Below are positions 19,863 to 29,233 of a stretch of 64,000 bases of DNA, piece after piece. Under the pieces are notes generated by a model, which saw nothing but the letters and a program-made list of their open reading frames with translations, was not told the origin of the DNA and made no database searches. The position numbers were made by a program, and so were the translations under genes. Each line of letters begins with the position of its first letter. Position 1 is the first letter of the stretch. Source of the stretch: a virus (taxonomy: Duplodnaviria > Caudoviricetes); the IMG/VR virus record IMGVR_UViG_2684623237_000002, positions 1-64,000 of that record; one strand, 5' to 3'.

Positions 19863-20023
19863 TCTACGAGACCTTAAGGTGTTCATCATGTAGCGGCGGT
19901 ATGCCATTTCACGTTTAGGATTTCAGTTCTAAGCTACTAGATTGTATTGGCTCCATAAAGTACGAAAATTTTGTCATGCAGGTGACCGGGCATTTAACGA
20001 CAGGCTGTCGTGGCGCTGGTTGT

Positions 20024-20191
20024 TCAGGTGCTCGCACGCATGAACAGGTCGACCAAGGCTTTCAGCAGTGCATCATGATCAAGGCTCTCTACAGGCAGGC
20101 CTGCATCCTGAAAGGTCGCAATTGCACGATCCAGTGCATTGCTGACGATCTCCTGATCTTCTGGCTCAAGGTCTATGTATTCGGTTGCCAT
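20024..20191 (-). CDS. 55-aa acidic protein, first ORF downstream of PL
   Basis: MATEYIDLEPEDQEIVSNALDRAI...; GAGGG SD. Confidence 0.5.
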   Translation of the reverse strand: MATEYIDLEPEDQEIVSNALDRAIATFQDAGLPVESLDHDALLKALVDLFMRAST

Positions 20192-20457
20192 CGTCTTGCC
20201 CTCGGTTGTTTTCCCAATGCACCCGTCACCAGGTGCATCAGTGAAAACTTCCGCCGTGACCCGCTACTGGCGTCGGTCACTGGCTTGAATCAATTGTTCT
20301 TCCAGCCACGGGCCTTTCGGCTTGTTATCCCGCTGGATAACTGTTCTTGGCGCTTTACGCTGCACGCCCGGGTCAGTTGCCAACCCTCTGAACCGTTTAG
20401 GCCGGCTCATCGCTGCCTTTGAATCTGGGCCGGTGGTGATCCGGCAAGGGGTATCGC

Positions 20458-20466
20458 TAAAGAGCG
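20458..20466 (-). promoter_or_regulatory. boxA-like antitermination site CGCTCTTTA
   Basis: Matches the boxA consensus about 50 nt downstream of PL. Confidence 0.55.
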
Positions 20467-20514
20467 GCGCAGGTTTAGCTGCTGGCCGGCGTTCTTCGTT
20501 GCTGGCTTGAGGCG

Positions 20515-20589
20515 ATAATCACAGAGTGTGTTTATCATGTCAACACGTAATGTGTTCGTATTTTTCATGATTGAATCACGCTGTGTGGT
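20515..20589 (-). promoter_or_regulatory. PL promoter with three OL-like operators
   Basis: TTGACA-17-GATTAT on the minus strand; sites ATCACagagtGTGTT, AACACgtaatGTGTT, ATCACgctgtGTGGT. Confidence 0.8.
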
Positions 20590-20645
20590 TTTTATAGGGG
20601 AATTGAGAAGGACGGGGTGGTGAGCCCGCCTGCTGGCGTGCTCAT

Positions 20646-20897
20646 TTAGGAATCGCAGTATTCGCGCCAGCCGATCCTGACGGCACCGTCATCCAGATGC
20701 TCGACGCTAATGCCGGCGGTGTCGCCGATGTCTTGAATGACCTGGCGCCAGGCTTCAGGGCTCTCGTCGTCGCGTCTCGAAACCTCGACCAACTGAACTC
20801 TCTGGACCCGGGGAGATGCGATCAAGCGTTGCAGGCGGTGGCCCACAAGCTCGTAGGAATTTCTCGGTTTGGGTGTGGGATATGGTGCCTGGATCAT
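20646..20897 (-). CDS. DUF1654-like protein
   Basis: SYELVGHRLQRLIASPRVQ...ESPEAWRQV; AAGGAG SD; SOS box upstream. Confidence 0.7.
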   Translation of the reverse strand: MIQAPYPTPKPRNSYELVGHRLQRLIASPRVQRVQLVEVSRRDDESPEAWRQVIQDIGDTAGISVEHLDDGAVRIGWREYCDS

Positions 20898-20916
20898 GCG
20901 TCGCTCCTTGCGAATA

Positions 20917-20932
20917 CTGTATGCATACACAG
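20917..20932. promoter_or_regulatory. LexA (SOS) box
   Basis: taCTGTATGCATACACAGta matches CTGT-N8-ACAG. Confidence 0.85.
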
Positions 20933-21020
20933 TATTGGTGCTGACATATCTTGGCAATAGGGCGACAGGAAGTTTCATGCATAAATGCATATTTCTAAGA
21001 GGGGCGTTTTCACCGGGCCT

Positions 21021-21046
21021 GAAAAAGCCCTCTCGTAGCGGGCTTT
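21021..21046 (-). terminator. Rho-independent terminator
   Basis: GCCC/GGGC stem with a T-run on the minus strand. Confidence 0.55.
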
Positions 21047-21066
21047 GATCGAATTGGTCTTGAGTC

Positions 21067-21861
21067 TTATTTGGGGATTGAGCTTCGCTGCTCTGCCCAA
21101 CGCTCAAGGGTCCAGTAGTTGAACCGGCCTACCTCTGGGCTCTTCGAATATTCACTCGCCTGCTTTAGGCCAACCTGCATTAGATCGTCCCGAATCTGTA
21201 AAACGGTCCAGGTGACTCCGGGGTTGACGTCTCGTTGGTGAAAGCAATCCGCTCCCTTCGTTCTGTCCGCCCAAGCCGTAAACTCTGATCTGTTGTAGTG
21301 ATAGAGCGACTGGGAAAAGTTGGTTTCAGACACGCACCCGAACGCGGACGGGTTCAGCCCGATCAGTTCGTCAGCTTTAGGTCGATACGTGTTTGCAGGC
21401 GCGAGCACCGTAGAGGCAGACGGGACGGGGATCATTCGATAGGCGACCACACCAATGATTAAGGCGACCAAGGCCGCACAGATCGCGATGAATGGACGAT
21501 TGCTATTCGAATTCCGCACTATCTGATCTGTCGTAATAGAACTGGCGATTGATTCCACGTCAGCCCCACAGTGACGGCACCGGATAGCTGCGTTTTTGAT
21601 TACCTCGGCGCAGAGGGGGCACGGTCGTGTATCGGCCTCAACGGCAGGGTTGGTAACTGAGCCTCTCCCGCCAAGCAGTACCATCAGGAGACCGGCCACC
21701 GCTAGCAACCCGCCGACGATTGTGTGCACCTGGCGGTCTGCCATGAGGCCCAGGTTATTAACTCTCCCGCCAGCGCCGGTTGCAACGGACACATCCATGC
21801 TCAGCGCGAAGATCAGCCAACACGAGCCGACAATGATCGCAAATATTCCGAATCCCTTCAT
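21067..21861 (-). CDS. Membrane protein with zinc ribbon
   Basis: Three TM segments; CPLCAE..AIRCRHCG. Confidence 0.75.
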   Translation of the reverse strand: MKGFGIFAIIVGSCWLIFALSMDVSVATGAGGRVNNLGLMADRQVHTIVGGLLAVAGLLMVLLGGRGSVTNPAVEADTRPCPLCAEVIKNAAIRCRHCGADVESIASSITTDQIVRNSNSNRPFIAICAALVALIIGVVAYRMIPVPSASTVLAPANTYRPKADELIGLNPSAFGCVSETNFSQSLYHYNRSEFTAWADRTKGADCFHQRDVNPGVTWTVLQIRDDLMQVGLKQASEYSKSPEVGRFNYWTLERWAEQRSSIPK

Positions 21862-22032
21862 TGAATAACTCCCGTAATTGAACCCGAACTTTACCATTGG
21901 TGACGCACTGCCACTATCGGATGGCCGAACCGCCCAGCAAACCGTGTACAGAGAAAAGCCCGCGATGGGGGAGGGCGGGCATAAGGTGTTCTCAAAGCGA
22001 ATACAGTTCTAAAAGAGGTGTTTTGGCTGTTA

Positions 22033-22671
22033 TTAAGATGGAATCAAGCGAAGAGCGTAAAATATAAAGCCAACCAAAAATATGTAAGCTGTTAGAGTTA
22101 TGATGGCCTCAGATTTTCGATCCATGAAGCGAGCAAATCCGCCTAATAAAAACTGCTGCTCAATAGCTTGCTTTATAAGCGCTCCGGTTTTTGTAACGAA
22201 ATTCCCTCGGAAAAGCTTGCTGAATTCAAGCTCTAGTGCGGACTCTAGGTCGCTAGAGGTGTCTCTGATATTCTCAATAATCAATGAGCTGGGGGCCTGC
22301 CTAATAAATGTGGCGCTTTGAAAGTTATCTAGGGTTATGGCGTCCACAAATAACGAGTATTGATCCATGTAAGAAGAGTTACGAATTCTTAGATATCCCA
22401 AGTGTTCGCTCAGCCTACTCTCCATCATGACGATTTGTGTTTCTAAATTAAAATTTTTACGCTTTGCCGTATGATAGGTTATCGCCTCTCTTTGGAGGCT
22501 ATCTATATCATCAAATATTTTTGCAAGCGCAGTTCTAATCTCTTTCCTTTCTTCACGTCTATTGTTCTGCCAGTTTACGATTAGCCAGCCTACGATGACT
22601 AAGGCCCAAGTCACTGGGTAAAACCAAATCGGAGTACCGTTACCTTGGCTCTCTGCCGTCAGTGCCATCAA
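22033..22671 (-). CDS. Membrane protein with N- and C-terminal TM helices (putative effector)
   Basis: WALVIVGWLIVNWQNNRREERKE; AT-rich; third gene of the operon. Confidence 0.7.
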   Translation of the reverse strand: MMALTAESQGNGTPIWFYPVTWALVIVGWLIVNWQNNRREERKEIRTALAKIFDDIDSLQREAITYHTAKRKNFNLETQIVMMESRLSEHLGYLRIRNSSYMDQYSLFVDAITLDNFQSATFIRQAPSSLIIENIRDTSSDLESALELEFSKLFRGNFVTKTGALIKQAIEQQFLLGGFARFMDRKSEAIITLTAYIFLVGFIFYALRLIPS

Positions 22672-23014
22672 TCATTCTCCGTATGAAAGATTTGCTCTTG
22701 GGGTTACTTTTCCCGCGAGCGTCATGAATGTAAGTTTTAATACGTTGAACTAAATTTTCATCACGTGAAGCTAGTATTATTAAAGACTCAACTAAATCTG
22801 TAGGGTATTTCCGAGCGATACCACCGAACGCCTCTTCAAGAAAAGAGGATCCATAGCCTCTAGCTCCATCCAAATAAACCACAATTTTTTCATGGTCTTT
22901 CATTCGCGGTTCTAGATATTTTTCCCTAAATAATTCGCCGCTATAAGGGCCGTCGGTTTTATACCTTCCTGCTGGATGCTTGGAAAATTCCGCAGCCAAA
23001 TGTACTTCTGTCAT
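22640..23014 (-). CDS. STAS-like (DUF4325) protein
   Basis: GRYKTDGPYSGELFRE...LDGARGYGSSFLEEAFGG. Confidence 0.85.
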   Translation of the reverse strand: MTEVHLAAEFSKHPAGRYKTDGPYSGELFREKYLEPRMKDHEKIVVYLDGARGYGSSFLEEAFGGIARKYPTDLVESLIILASRDENLVQRIKTYIHDARGKSNPKSKSFIRRMIDGTDGREPR

Positions 23015-24051
23015 GATCCGGGCCTCGCCGTTAAGGGCATCTGCCAATAAATTATCGTACCATTTGTAGACATTGTGAAGTCGCCATAGGTTTCCTTTCC
23101 TTTCTTGATTTGGTACCACCCTCGATTACTTTGTACTATTGCCACGCTGTCCTTGCTCGCAAGCACTGTTTCGACGATCTGTGTCAACCCTTTGCCACGA
23201 TTATGCTTTCTGGTGCGAGTTTTGCTATGGCGGATTGCACCTCTGATAAGGCGAGCGTCACCAAGATTCTGGAGGCCAAATCGAGAGAGGACCAGATACC
23301 ATTTCCGCCAACCGTCGTCGTCGCTATATGGAAGTGACCCTGGAATCCCCACCCCCAAATCACAAAACACAACCGAGAGCATTCCATCCTTTTCTTGAGA
23401 AAACATCCACCAAGGCTTGTAACTTTTTGCCGATGCGATACCGTCTGAGCGACGAGCAATGTATGCGTGATGATGTGCATTTGTCATTGCTTCTGTAAGG
23501 CCTGCATACAGGTCCTCTTGCAGCGCAGGGGTAATAACACCATCATATTTCCCAAGAATCACATCATAATTGGCTCCCGATACATCCTGACCTTTTGCCA
23601 CGCGCCAGTTTATGACGTCAGCAAGTTCGCAGTTGGAGATCGGAACTTTTTTACCTATTCTTGTATAGAAGCCTATTTGTTGCAAAACAAGAGAAGCTTT
23701 TTTATTTAGTGGAATGGTTGATCGAACATTGAGCTTTGGAAATAAGTCAAGTAAGCGATCTATCTCGGAGAAAAATAAAATTGTACCGCTTGCTATAAAT
23801 TTTTGTGTTCTAGAAAAGTCAATGAGTATGGATCTGCAACCGGAGATTACCGAAAATCTAATTTTTTCGATAAATTTTATTAGCTCATTTCTGGGTTCTG
23901 TGAAAGCACAAAATACTATCGGAGCGTGATGGATTACCGTTTTAAGTTTATGCTTGCTCTTAGAAGGCTGAGTAGATCGCAACACTTTGATCAAAGCGAA
24001 TCTATGTTTACGCAAAGCTATATCTTTATAGTCGATCGGTAGCTTTTTCAT
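23011..24051 (-). CDS. GHKL/HATPase-domain protein (anti-sigma kinase-like)
   Basis: EAMTNAHHHAY (N), DLGVGIP (G1), RGKGL (G2), GT (G3). Confidence 0.85.
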   Translation of the reverse strand: MKKLPIDYKDIALRKHRFALIKVLRSTQPSKSKHKLKTVIHHAPIVFCAFTEPRNELIKFIEKIRFSVISGCRSILIDFSRTQKFIASGTILFFSEIDRLLDLFPKLNVRSTIPLNKKASLVLQQIGFYTRIGKKVPISNCELADVINWRVAKGQDVSGANYDVILGKYDGVITPALQEDLYAGLTEAMTNAHHHAYIARRSDGIASAKSYKPWWMFSQEKDGMLSVVFCDLGVGIPGSLPYSDDDGWRKWYLVLSRFGLQNLGDARLIRGAIRHSKTRTRKHNRGKGLTQIVETVLASKDSVAIVQSNRGWYQIKKGKETYGDFTMSTNGTIIYWQMPLTARPGS

Positions 24052-24168
24052 ATTACGCTTTCCATGTCGTAAAATCCGGCTAATTTCTCTAATAAATCCT
24101 GAAATTTTGCCTTTAATCAATAAGCGCCCTTCAACGTCTGTAAACGGAGCTTGGCGGGAAATGTAGAC

Positions 24169-24410
24169 TCACTTGTGCGAATTATGATAATGGCTCAGTG
24201 CTATCAATTCAAGCGCGGTCACGAATGCACAAAGCAAAATGAAGGCATGGCTGAAGACCTGCTTGCGGCTGAATGAGCAGCCATCCGCCCAATTGCCAGC
24301 GTAGCTTGTGAAAACCACCATGAGCATCAGCAGATCATAGGTCCACGCCTTGCTCCAGAAGGTCCGCTCTCCTTGTCTTGCCCCGCAGTTTGGTTTGGTT
24401 GGCGGATCAT
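24169..24410 (-). pseudogene. Possible frameshifted small 2-TM gene
   Basis: ATG frame stops early; an alternative frame encodes TFWSKAWTYDLLMLMVVF...FILLCAFVTALELIAL. Confidence 0.3.
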
Positions 24411-24440
24411 CAGATCACCCCCGCGACCTACTTATCATGC

Positions 24441-24782
24441 CTAGGGCTTGCGGTAGAGATACATACCTTTCTCGTCAGACTCGTTAGCAGCGCTCAAAGC
24501 CCTCGCTGCAAGCGCTGTAGTTTCACCATGTCCGAATTCGTAGTGCGGAGGCAGTACCAATACGCTGGTCCACCAAGGCTCTCCATTGATTGGCAGGGGG
24601 AGTTCGTGGCATTGCAGTTGGTTTTCATCAGATCTAGGACCCAGCGCCGCTCTAAGCGAACTTGTGAGGATTGAAGCCCCGGGGCGATTGTGGTGGTTGG
24701 CCACAACAAGCCCATAAGCCTTCAAGGCGCTGGCTATGTGATCTAGGTCTGCTTCGTTATTCAGCACTGCAACTACGGTCAT
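24441..24782 (-). CDS. Hypothetical protein downstream of cI
   Basis: AAGGAG SD; 113 aa. Confidence 0.65.
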   Translation of the reverse strand: MTVVAVLNNEADLDHIASALKAYGLVVANHHNRPGASILTSSLRAALGPRSDENQLQCHELPLPINGEPWWTSVLVLPPHYEFGHGETTALAARALSAANESDEKGMYLYRKP

Positions 24783-24840
24783 ATCGCACTCCTTGCAACT
24801 TCACTTTGAAAATCCGGAATTCCCCGGAGTGTGGTCCTTT

Positions 24841-25485
24841 TCAATAAAACTTCTGCAGTGCCTGCACAACCACGCCCACGATCCGGCAATGCTCGTCGAC
24901 TGCTTCGATGGGGTAGCTCGGGTTCAGTGGCTTCAGGAACAATCGGCCACCGTCGCTCACCAGCTTCTTGAATGTCGCCTCGTTGCTGTCCGGGAGCTTT
25001 GCCACGACCAGCTTACCTGGTGCAACTTCAGCCTCAGTGTCCACAAGGATCAGCGTGCCCTCAGTGATGCTCTGGCCGGCGGGCGCCGTCATTGAGTCAC
25101 CTTTCACCTTCAGCCAGAAAGCCGTGCCCTTCGAGTCGTACTCCGAGAACTCATAGCTGTCCGAAAATCCGGCCGGGTAGGGCTCAACGGCTTCCGCCCA
25201 GGCGCCGGCGGCAACCCAGCTGATTACTGGGTAGCGGAATGATTTGGTGGGCTGGGCGGCGATTGAAATATTCGAGGGGCTTTCGCCAGGCAAAAGTAAC
25301 GCTGCCGGATCGACTTTCAGCTCATGGGCAATCTTGGCGATATCTTCAAGGTTTGGCTCCCGAGCATCTTTCTCATAGTTTCCTATGCGCGATTGGGATT
25401 TCCATCCGCACGCCTTTGCCAAGGCAGCCTGAGAAAGCCCTGCTTTTTCTCTGTAGTGCGCGATGCGCGATCCGAGTGTCTTCAT
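24841..25485 (-). CDS. cI: CI-like repressor (XRE HTH plus S24 autopeptidase)
   Basis: HTH, VAAG cleavage site, GDSM, TFKKL. Confidence 0.95.
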   Translation of the reverse strand: MKTLGSRIAHYREKAGLSQAALAKACGWKSQSRIGNYEKDAREPNLEDIAKIAHELKVDPAALLLPGESPSNISIAAQPTKSFRYPVISWVAAGAWAEAVEPYPAGFSDSYEFSEYDSKGTAFWLKVKGDSMTAPAGQSITEGTLILVDTEAEVAPGKLVVAKLPDSNEATFKKLVSDGGRLFLKPLNPSYPIEAVDEHCRIVGVVVQALQKFY

Positions 25486-25492
25486 GGATGGA

Positions 25493-25564
25493 ATTTTAAT
25501 CACGGAGTGAAATAAAATCCGCCCACTTATTGTGTTTGCCAATAACACGATATGTGTTTATCCT
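25493..25564. promoter_or_regulatory. OR region with PR, PRM and operators
   Basis: PR TTGCCA-17-TATCCT; operators AACACgatatGTGTT (25544-58) and CCCACttattGTGTT (25522-36); TAAAAT -10 lies 7 nt before the cI ATG. Confidence 0.8.
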
Positions 25565-25591
25565 TGGTTTATTGACCGCAGGAGCAACGCA

Positions 25592-25819
25592 ATGAATCTC
25601 ATAGCAGAGTTTCGTGAGGAGGCCGGAATCACGCAGGCAGCCTTACACCGAAAGCTCAACTGGAAGCAGTCGCGGCTCGCTAACTACGAGTCGGGGGCTC
25701 GCCCATTGAAGCTTGAAGACGCCCGGAAGATCGTCCAGGCGCTGAATGAATTGGGTGCGAAATGCACTTTGGATCGCGTTTTTCCGCAGCAATCTTCTGC
25801 GGATGTTCAGGCCGCCTAA
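25592..25819 (+). CDS. cro: Cro-like repressor
   Basis: Short HTH protein divergent from cI. Confidence 0.85.
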   Translation: MNLIAEFREEAGITQAALHRKLNWKQSRLANYESGARPLKLEDARKIVQALNELGAKCTLDRVFPQQSSADVQAA

Positions 25820-25873
25820 GCGACACCCCTGTCCGCCGTTCCATTGAAGCCAGATTAGAAGAGAGCAGTCCCC

Positions 25874-26491
25874 ATGCAAACGTCCAGTTCCAGACACACC
25901 GTACAAACCCGTGATCAGGTGCTGGTCGCCCACGCTGCAAACCAGATCGCGCGCACCAGCCTGAGCCAGGACGACTTCGCCCAGGCGCTGAGCCGCGAGC
26001 TGCATCTGTCGTGCCCAGAGAAGGCTGTCGCCAAAGAGGTCCCGGACTTCGCCGCGCTGACGTTGCAGAACGATGTCGGTGACTTTGTGAAGGCGACCGG
26101 CCGCTGGCTCAAGCGCGTTCAACGCTGGCTGTCCGGCGATCAGGAGATGCCGTCGTGGTTGGAAGAGTCGTGGGTCAACGCCCTTGAGCCTGAATTCCGC
26201 GACCACTGCGTAAACGAACTGGCGAGCCGTCACGGCCTGACCGGCGCCCGCCAGATGACCAGCGACCAATGCGCGAACAAAAGTTTCGGCGCGCTGATCC
26301 GTGCCTTAGGCGATGTGATCGACACCGGCAGCGAAGTGTTTGACGACCAGGTGATGTGCGAACTGGATCTGCCGCACCTACCGGCATTCGCCAAGCAGTG
26401 CCGCCAGGTTGAAGCGAAGGCGGGGGAGTTGGGGCGCCGTGCCGAGCAGTTGCTCGCTTCGGTCCAGCGAAATTTGAAATCTGTTTCCTGA
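25874..26491 (+). CDS. CII-like/regulatory phage protein
   Basis: Position after cro. Confidence 0.6.
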   Translation: MQTSSSRHTVQTRDQVLVAHAANQIARTSLSQDDFAQALSRELHLSCPEKAVAKEVPDFAALTLQNDVGDFVKATGRWLKRVQRWLSGDQEMPSWLEESWVNALEPEFRDHCVNELASRHGLTGARQMTSDQCANKSFGALIRALGDVIDTGSEVFDDQVMCELDLPHLPAFAKQCRQVEAKAGELGRRAEQLLASVQRNLKSVS

Positions 26492-26621
26492 TTTCCCGCG
26501 CATGCGCGGAAATCGGTGCCCACCGGGTTCGCACTATGAATTAAGCGGATCTGAAACCCAGGCACAAAAAAGCCGACGGTCGAGGTCGGCTAATTCGATA
26601 ACACTTTGTGAGGCCGATTAT

Positions 26622-27470
26622 ATGCAAACCCCGCCACATATCAATAGCACTACCAATCTCGCGCCACGTTTTTCGCAATCTGAAAACGTGGCGCGCAATT
26701 CAGCAGTGATTCCGTTCGACTTCGACGGCGCCGCAATCCGGGTCATCACCGACAAGCTCGGCGATCCGTGGTTTGTTGCGCGCGACGTCGCTGACGCCCT
26801 CGGCTACTCCAAACCAGAGAACGCGGTGGCCCGTCACTGCAAGGCAGCGACCACTACCCCGAAACAGGGTGGTGGTTTCATGACAATCATTCCTGAGCGG
26901 GACCTGTACCGGCTGGTGATGAAGTCCAAGCTGCCGGCCGCCGAGAAGTTCGAAGAGTGGGTGGTCGGGCAGGTGCTGCCGAGTATCCGCAAGACGGGCA
27001 CCTTTTCCACCCAGGGCCCGAACAACTCCAAGATCGTCGGCGAGCTCGCCATTCTGGAATGCTTCGACCGCCTGCTGAAGCCTGCGAACTCCAGCAAGAT
27101 GATGATGCTAGCCAAGATCGCCCAGAACAATGGCCTGGATCCGAAGTTCCTCCCAGGCTACTCCGTTGATGCCGCCCCTGACGCTGCTGGCGGCTCTTCG
27201 ATGCCTACCAAGGCAATCACCGCCCTGATCAAAGATCACGCCATCGCCAGCACCGCCCGCGCCTTCAACCTTTCACTGGAGGCCCACGGTTTCCTCAAGG
27301 TTCTTCAGCGCAAAAATTCAAAGCAGGAAATGGTCGACTTCTGGTCCGTGACCGAGAAAGGCATGGTCTACGGCAAGAACCTCACCAGTCCTCAATGCCC
27401 CCGCGAGACGCAGCCTCACTGGTACGTGGATCGCTTCCTTGAATTGGCCGCTAAGGTCGGGAAGGCCTGA
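26622..27470 (+). CDS. BRO-N domain antirepressor
   Basis: PWFVARDVADALGY...FEEWVVGQVLPSIRKTG. Confidence 0.9.
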   Translation: MQTPPHINSTTNLAPRFSQSENVARNSAVIPFDFDGAAIRVITDKLGDPWFVARDVADALGYSKPENAVARHCKAATTTPKQGGGFMTIIPERDLYRLVMKSKLPAAEKFEEWVVGQVLPSIRKTGTFSTQGPNNSKIVGELAILECFDRLLKPANSSKMMMLAKIAQNNGLDPKFLPGYSVDAAPDAAGGSSMPTKAITALIKDHAIASTARAFNLSLEAHGFLKVLQRKNSKQEMVDFWSVTEKGMVYGKNLTSPQCPRETQPHWYVDRFLELAAKVGKA

Positions 27471-27471
27471 C

Positions 27472-28449
27472 ATGCAATACACCGTCACGATTAACCAGGT
27501 GAAGGCGCTGGAGTGGGGGCTGAATTCTCAGCAGGCCCTGCTCTTCGCGTTCGTCTACGGCTGCCCGAGCTGGGCCAAGCCAATCAAGACTGATGACGGG
27601 ATCTTCTTCGCGCTGAGCAAGGCCAAGATCACTGAGGAGCTACCGCTGCTCACTGACAAGCCAGACACCGCTTACCGCATGCTGAAGGCCCTGGAAGAGG
27701 CCGGTTTGATTGAGCTTTCCAGCACTTCGAACATCACGCTTTTTCGCCTCACAGAGAAAGCGATCGAGTGGAACCAGAAGCTCGACGGGTCGGAAAAATA
27801 TCCGACCCCACCAAACAATAAGGGTCGGAAAAAAATCCGATCTACCTCGGATAAATCTCCGAGCAAGGTCGGAAAAAAATCCGGGCAAGGGTCGGATAAA
27901 TCTCCGACAAATCAGGATACCAATCATCAGGGTACCAATCAGGGCACCAGTCAGGACTTGCAGGACGCCACCGGCAAGCCGGCTCAGTCCCGCGGCTTGG
28001 TGCTGGTGGTTGATCGTACCGATACCCCACGGGTCGAGATCCCCGCCGACATGCCGGGCCCCAAAGACCAGACCTGCAAAACCTTCAAGGTCTGGGCGAA
28101 CTACGCCATGGCTTACCGCAAACGCTACAGCGCCTGGCCGGTGTGGAATGCCAAGGTCGGGGGCCAACTCGGCCAACTGGTTGACCGCCTCGGCGCCGAT
28201 GTCGCCCACCACGTCGCCGCTCACTTCCTGAAAACCAGCGATGCCGCTGTGCTGCGCAAGTGCCACAGTCTCAACGAACTGCTGGCCAACGCCGAGAGCT
28301 ATCACACCCAGTGGGTGACCGGGCAGCGCATCAACGGCACAACTGCTCGCCAGATGGAGCGGACTGAGGCGAACCATTCCGCGGCCGAGCAGGCCGCCCA
28401 GATGGTTCTGGCCAAACGCCAAGCAGGTGACCGCAATGAATACCTTTGA
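27472..28449 (+). CDS. Phage replication initiator (O-like)
   Basis: N-terminal wHTH-like region, internal iterons, position. Confidence 0.8.
   Translation: MQYTVTINQVKALEWGLNSQQALLFAFVYGCPSWAKPIKTDDGIFFALSKAKITEELPLLTDKPDTAYRMLKALEEAGLIELSSTSNITLFRLTEKAIEWNQKLDGSEKYPTPPNNKGRKKIRSTSDKSPSKVGKKSGQGSDKSPTNQDTNHQGTNQGTSQDLQDATGKPAQSRGLVLVVDRTDTPRVEIPADMPGPKDQTCKTFKVWANYAMAYRKRYSAWPVWNAKVGGQLGQLVDRLGADVAHHVAAHFLKTSDAAVLRKCHSLNELLANAESYHTQWVTGQRINGTTARQMERTEANHSAAEQAAQMVLAKRQAGDRNEYL
27787..27910. repeat. Replication origin iterons
   Basis: Five near-palindromic TCGGAwAAAwmTCCG units inside the initiator gene. Confidence 0.8.
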
Positions 28450-29233
28450 AATGAACGACCAGCAGGTCGCCGGGCTTGCAGCCGCTATCTGCGCAACAGC
28501 TGAGGCCATGGGCCAGGAAATGAATCCAGGCACCGCCGCGATGATGGCCGAAGACCTCTGCGCGTATCCGGTGCCCGTCGTCAAGGCTGCGCTCAAGGCC
28601 TGCCGCTTCGAAGTGAAGGGAAAGCTGGCTATGGCCGACATCCTGCAGCGGGTGCAGTCCTCCGATGGGCGCCCGGGCAAGGACGAGGCCTGGGCCATCG
28701 CCATGACGACCAACGACGAATTTGAAACCGTGGTGCTGACCGACGAGATCCAACTGGCCCTGGCTGCTGCGAAACCCATCTTGGATGGCGGCGACAAGAT
28801 CGGTGCGCGCATGGCGTTCATCGATGCCTACCAGCGTTTCGTAGGGCAGGCCCGCGAGGATGCGAAACCGGTCAACTGGCACGTGTCCGTGGGCTTCGAC
28901 TCCAACCGCCGCATCCAGGCAGTCACCAAGGCTTTGGAGCTGAAACGCATTCCCCAAGAGCACGGCCAGAAGTACTTGGCTGACCTCAGCATTGTTCCAG
29001 TTACCGAGGATGGCCGCGCCATTGCTGGATTGCTCACAGGCACCGTCACCCAGCCAAAGCCGCTGCTGCGCGCGAAGCTCGAGATTGTGAAGAGCTCGAT
29101 GCTGGAAATGCGGAAGGCCAGCGCCGAGAGAAAGGACGAAATGCGGATTGAAGCGGCCAATGAACTGGCGGATCGCCGGGCGCTACTGATCAAGCAAGCC
29201 CAGGAACTGGAAGCGAAGAGGGCGGCGCAATGA
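28436..29233 (+). CDS. Replication accessory protein (P-position)
   Basis: Overlaps the initiator; DGRPGKDEAWA motif. Confidence 0.65.
   Translation: MNTFEMNDQQVAGLAAAICATAEAMGQEMNPGTAAMMAEDLCAYPVPVVKAALKACRFEVKGKLAMADILQRVQSSDGRPGKDEAWAIAMTTNDEFETVVLTDEIQLALAAAKPILDGGDKIGARMAFIDAYQRFVGQAREDAKPVNWHVSVGFDSNRRIQAVTKALELKRIPQEHGQKYLADLSIVPVTEDGRAIAGLLTGTVTQPKPLLRAKLEIVKSSMLEMRKASAERKDEMRIEAANELADRRALLIKQAQELEAKRAAQ

Noticed and set aside
27787-27960. CRISPR-like or VNTR repeats
   Set aside because: These are short palindromic units inside the replication initiator with no unique spacers or cas genes, which fits iterons.
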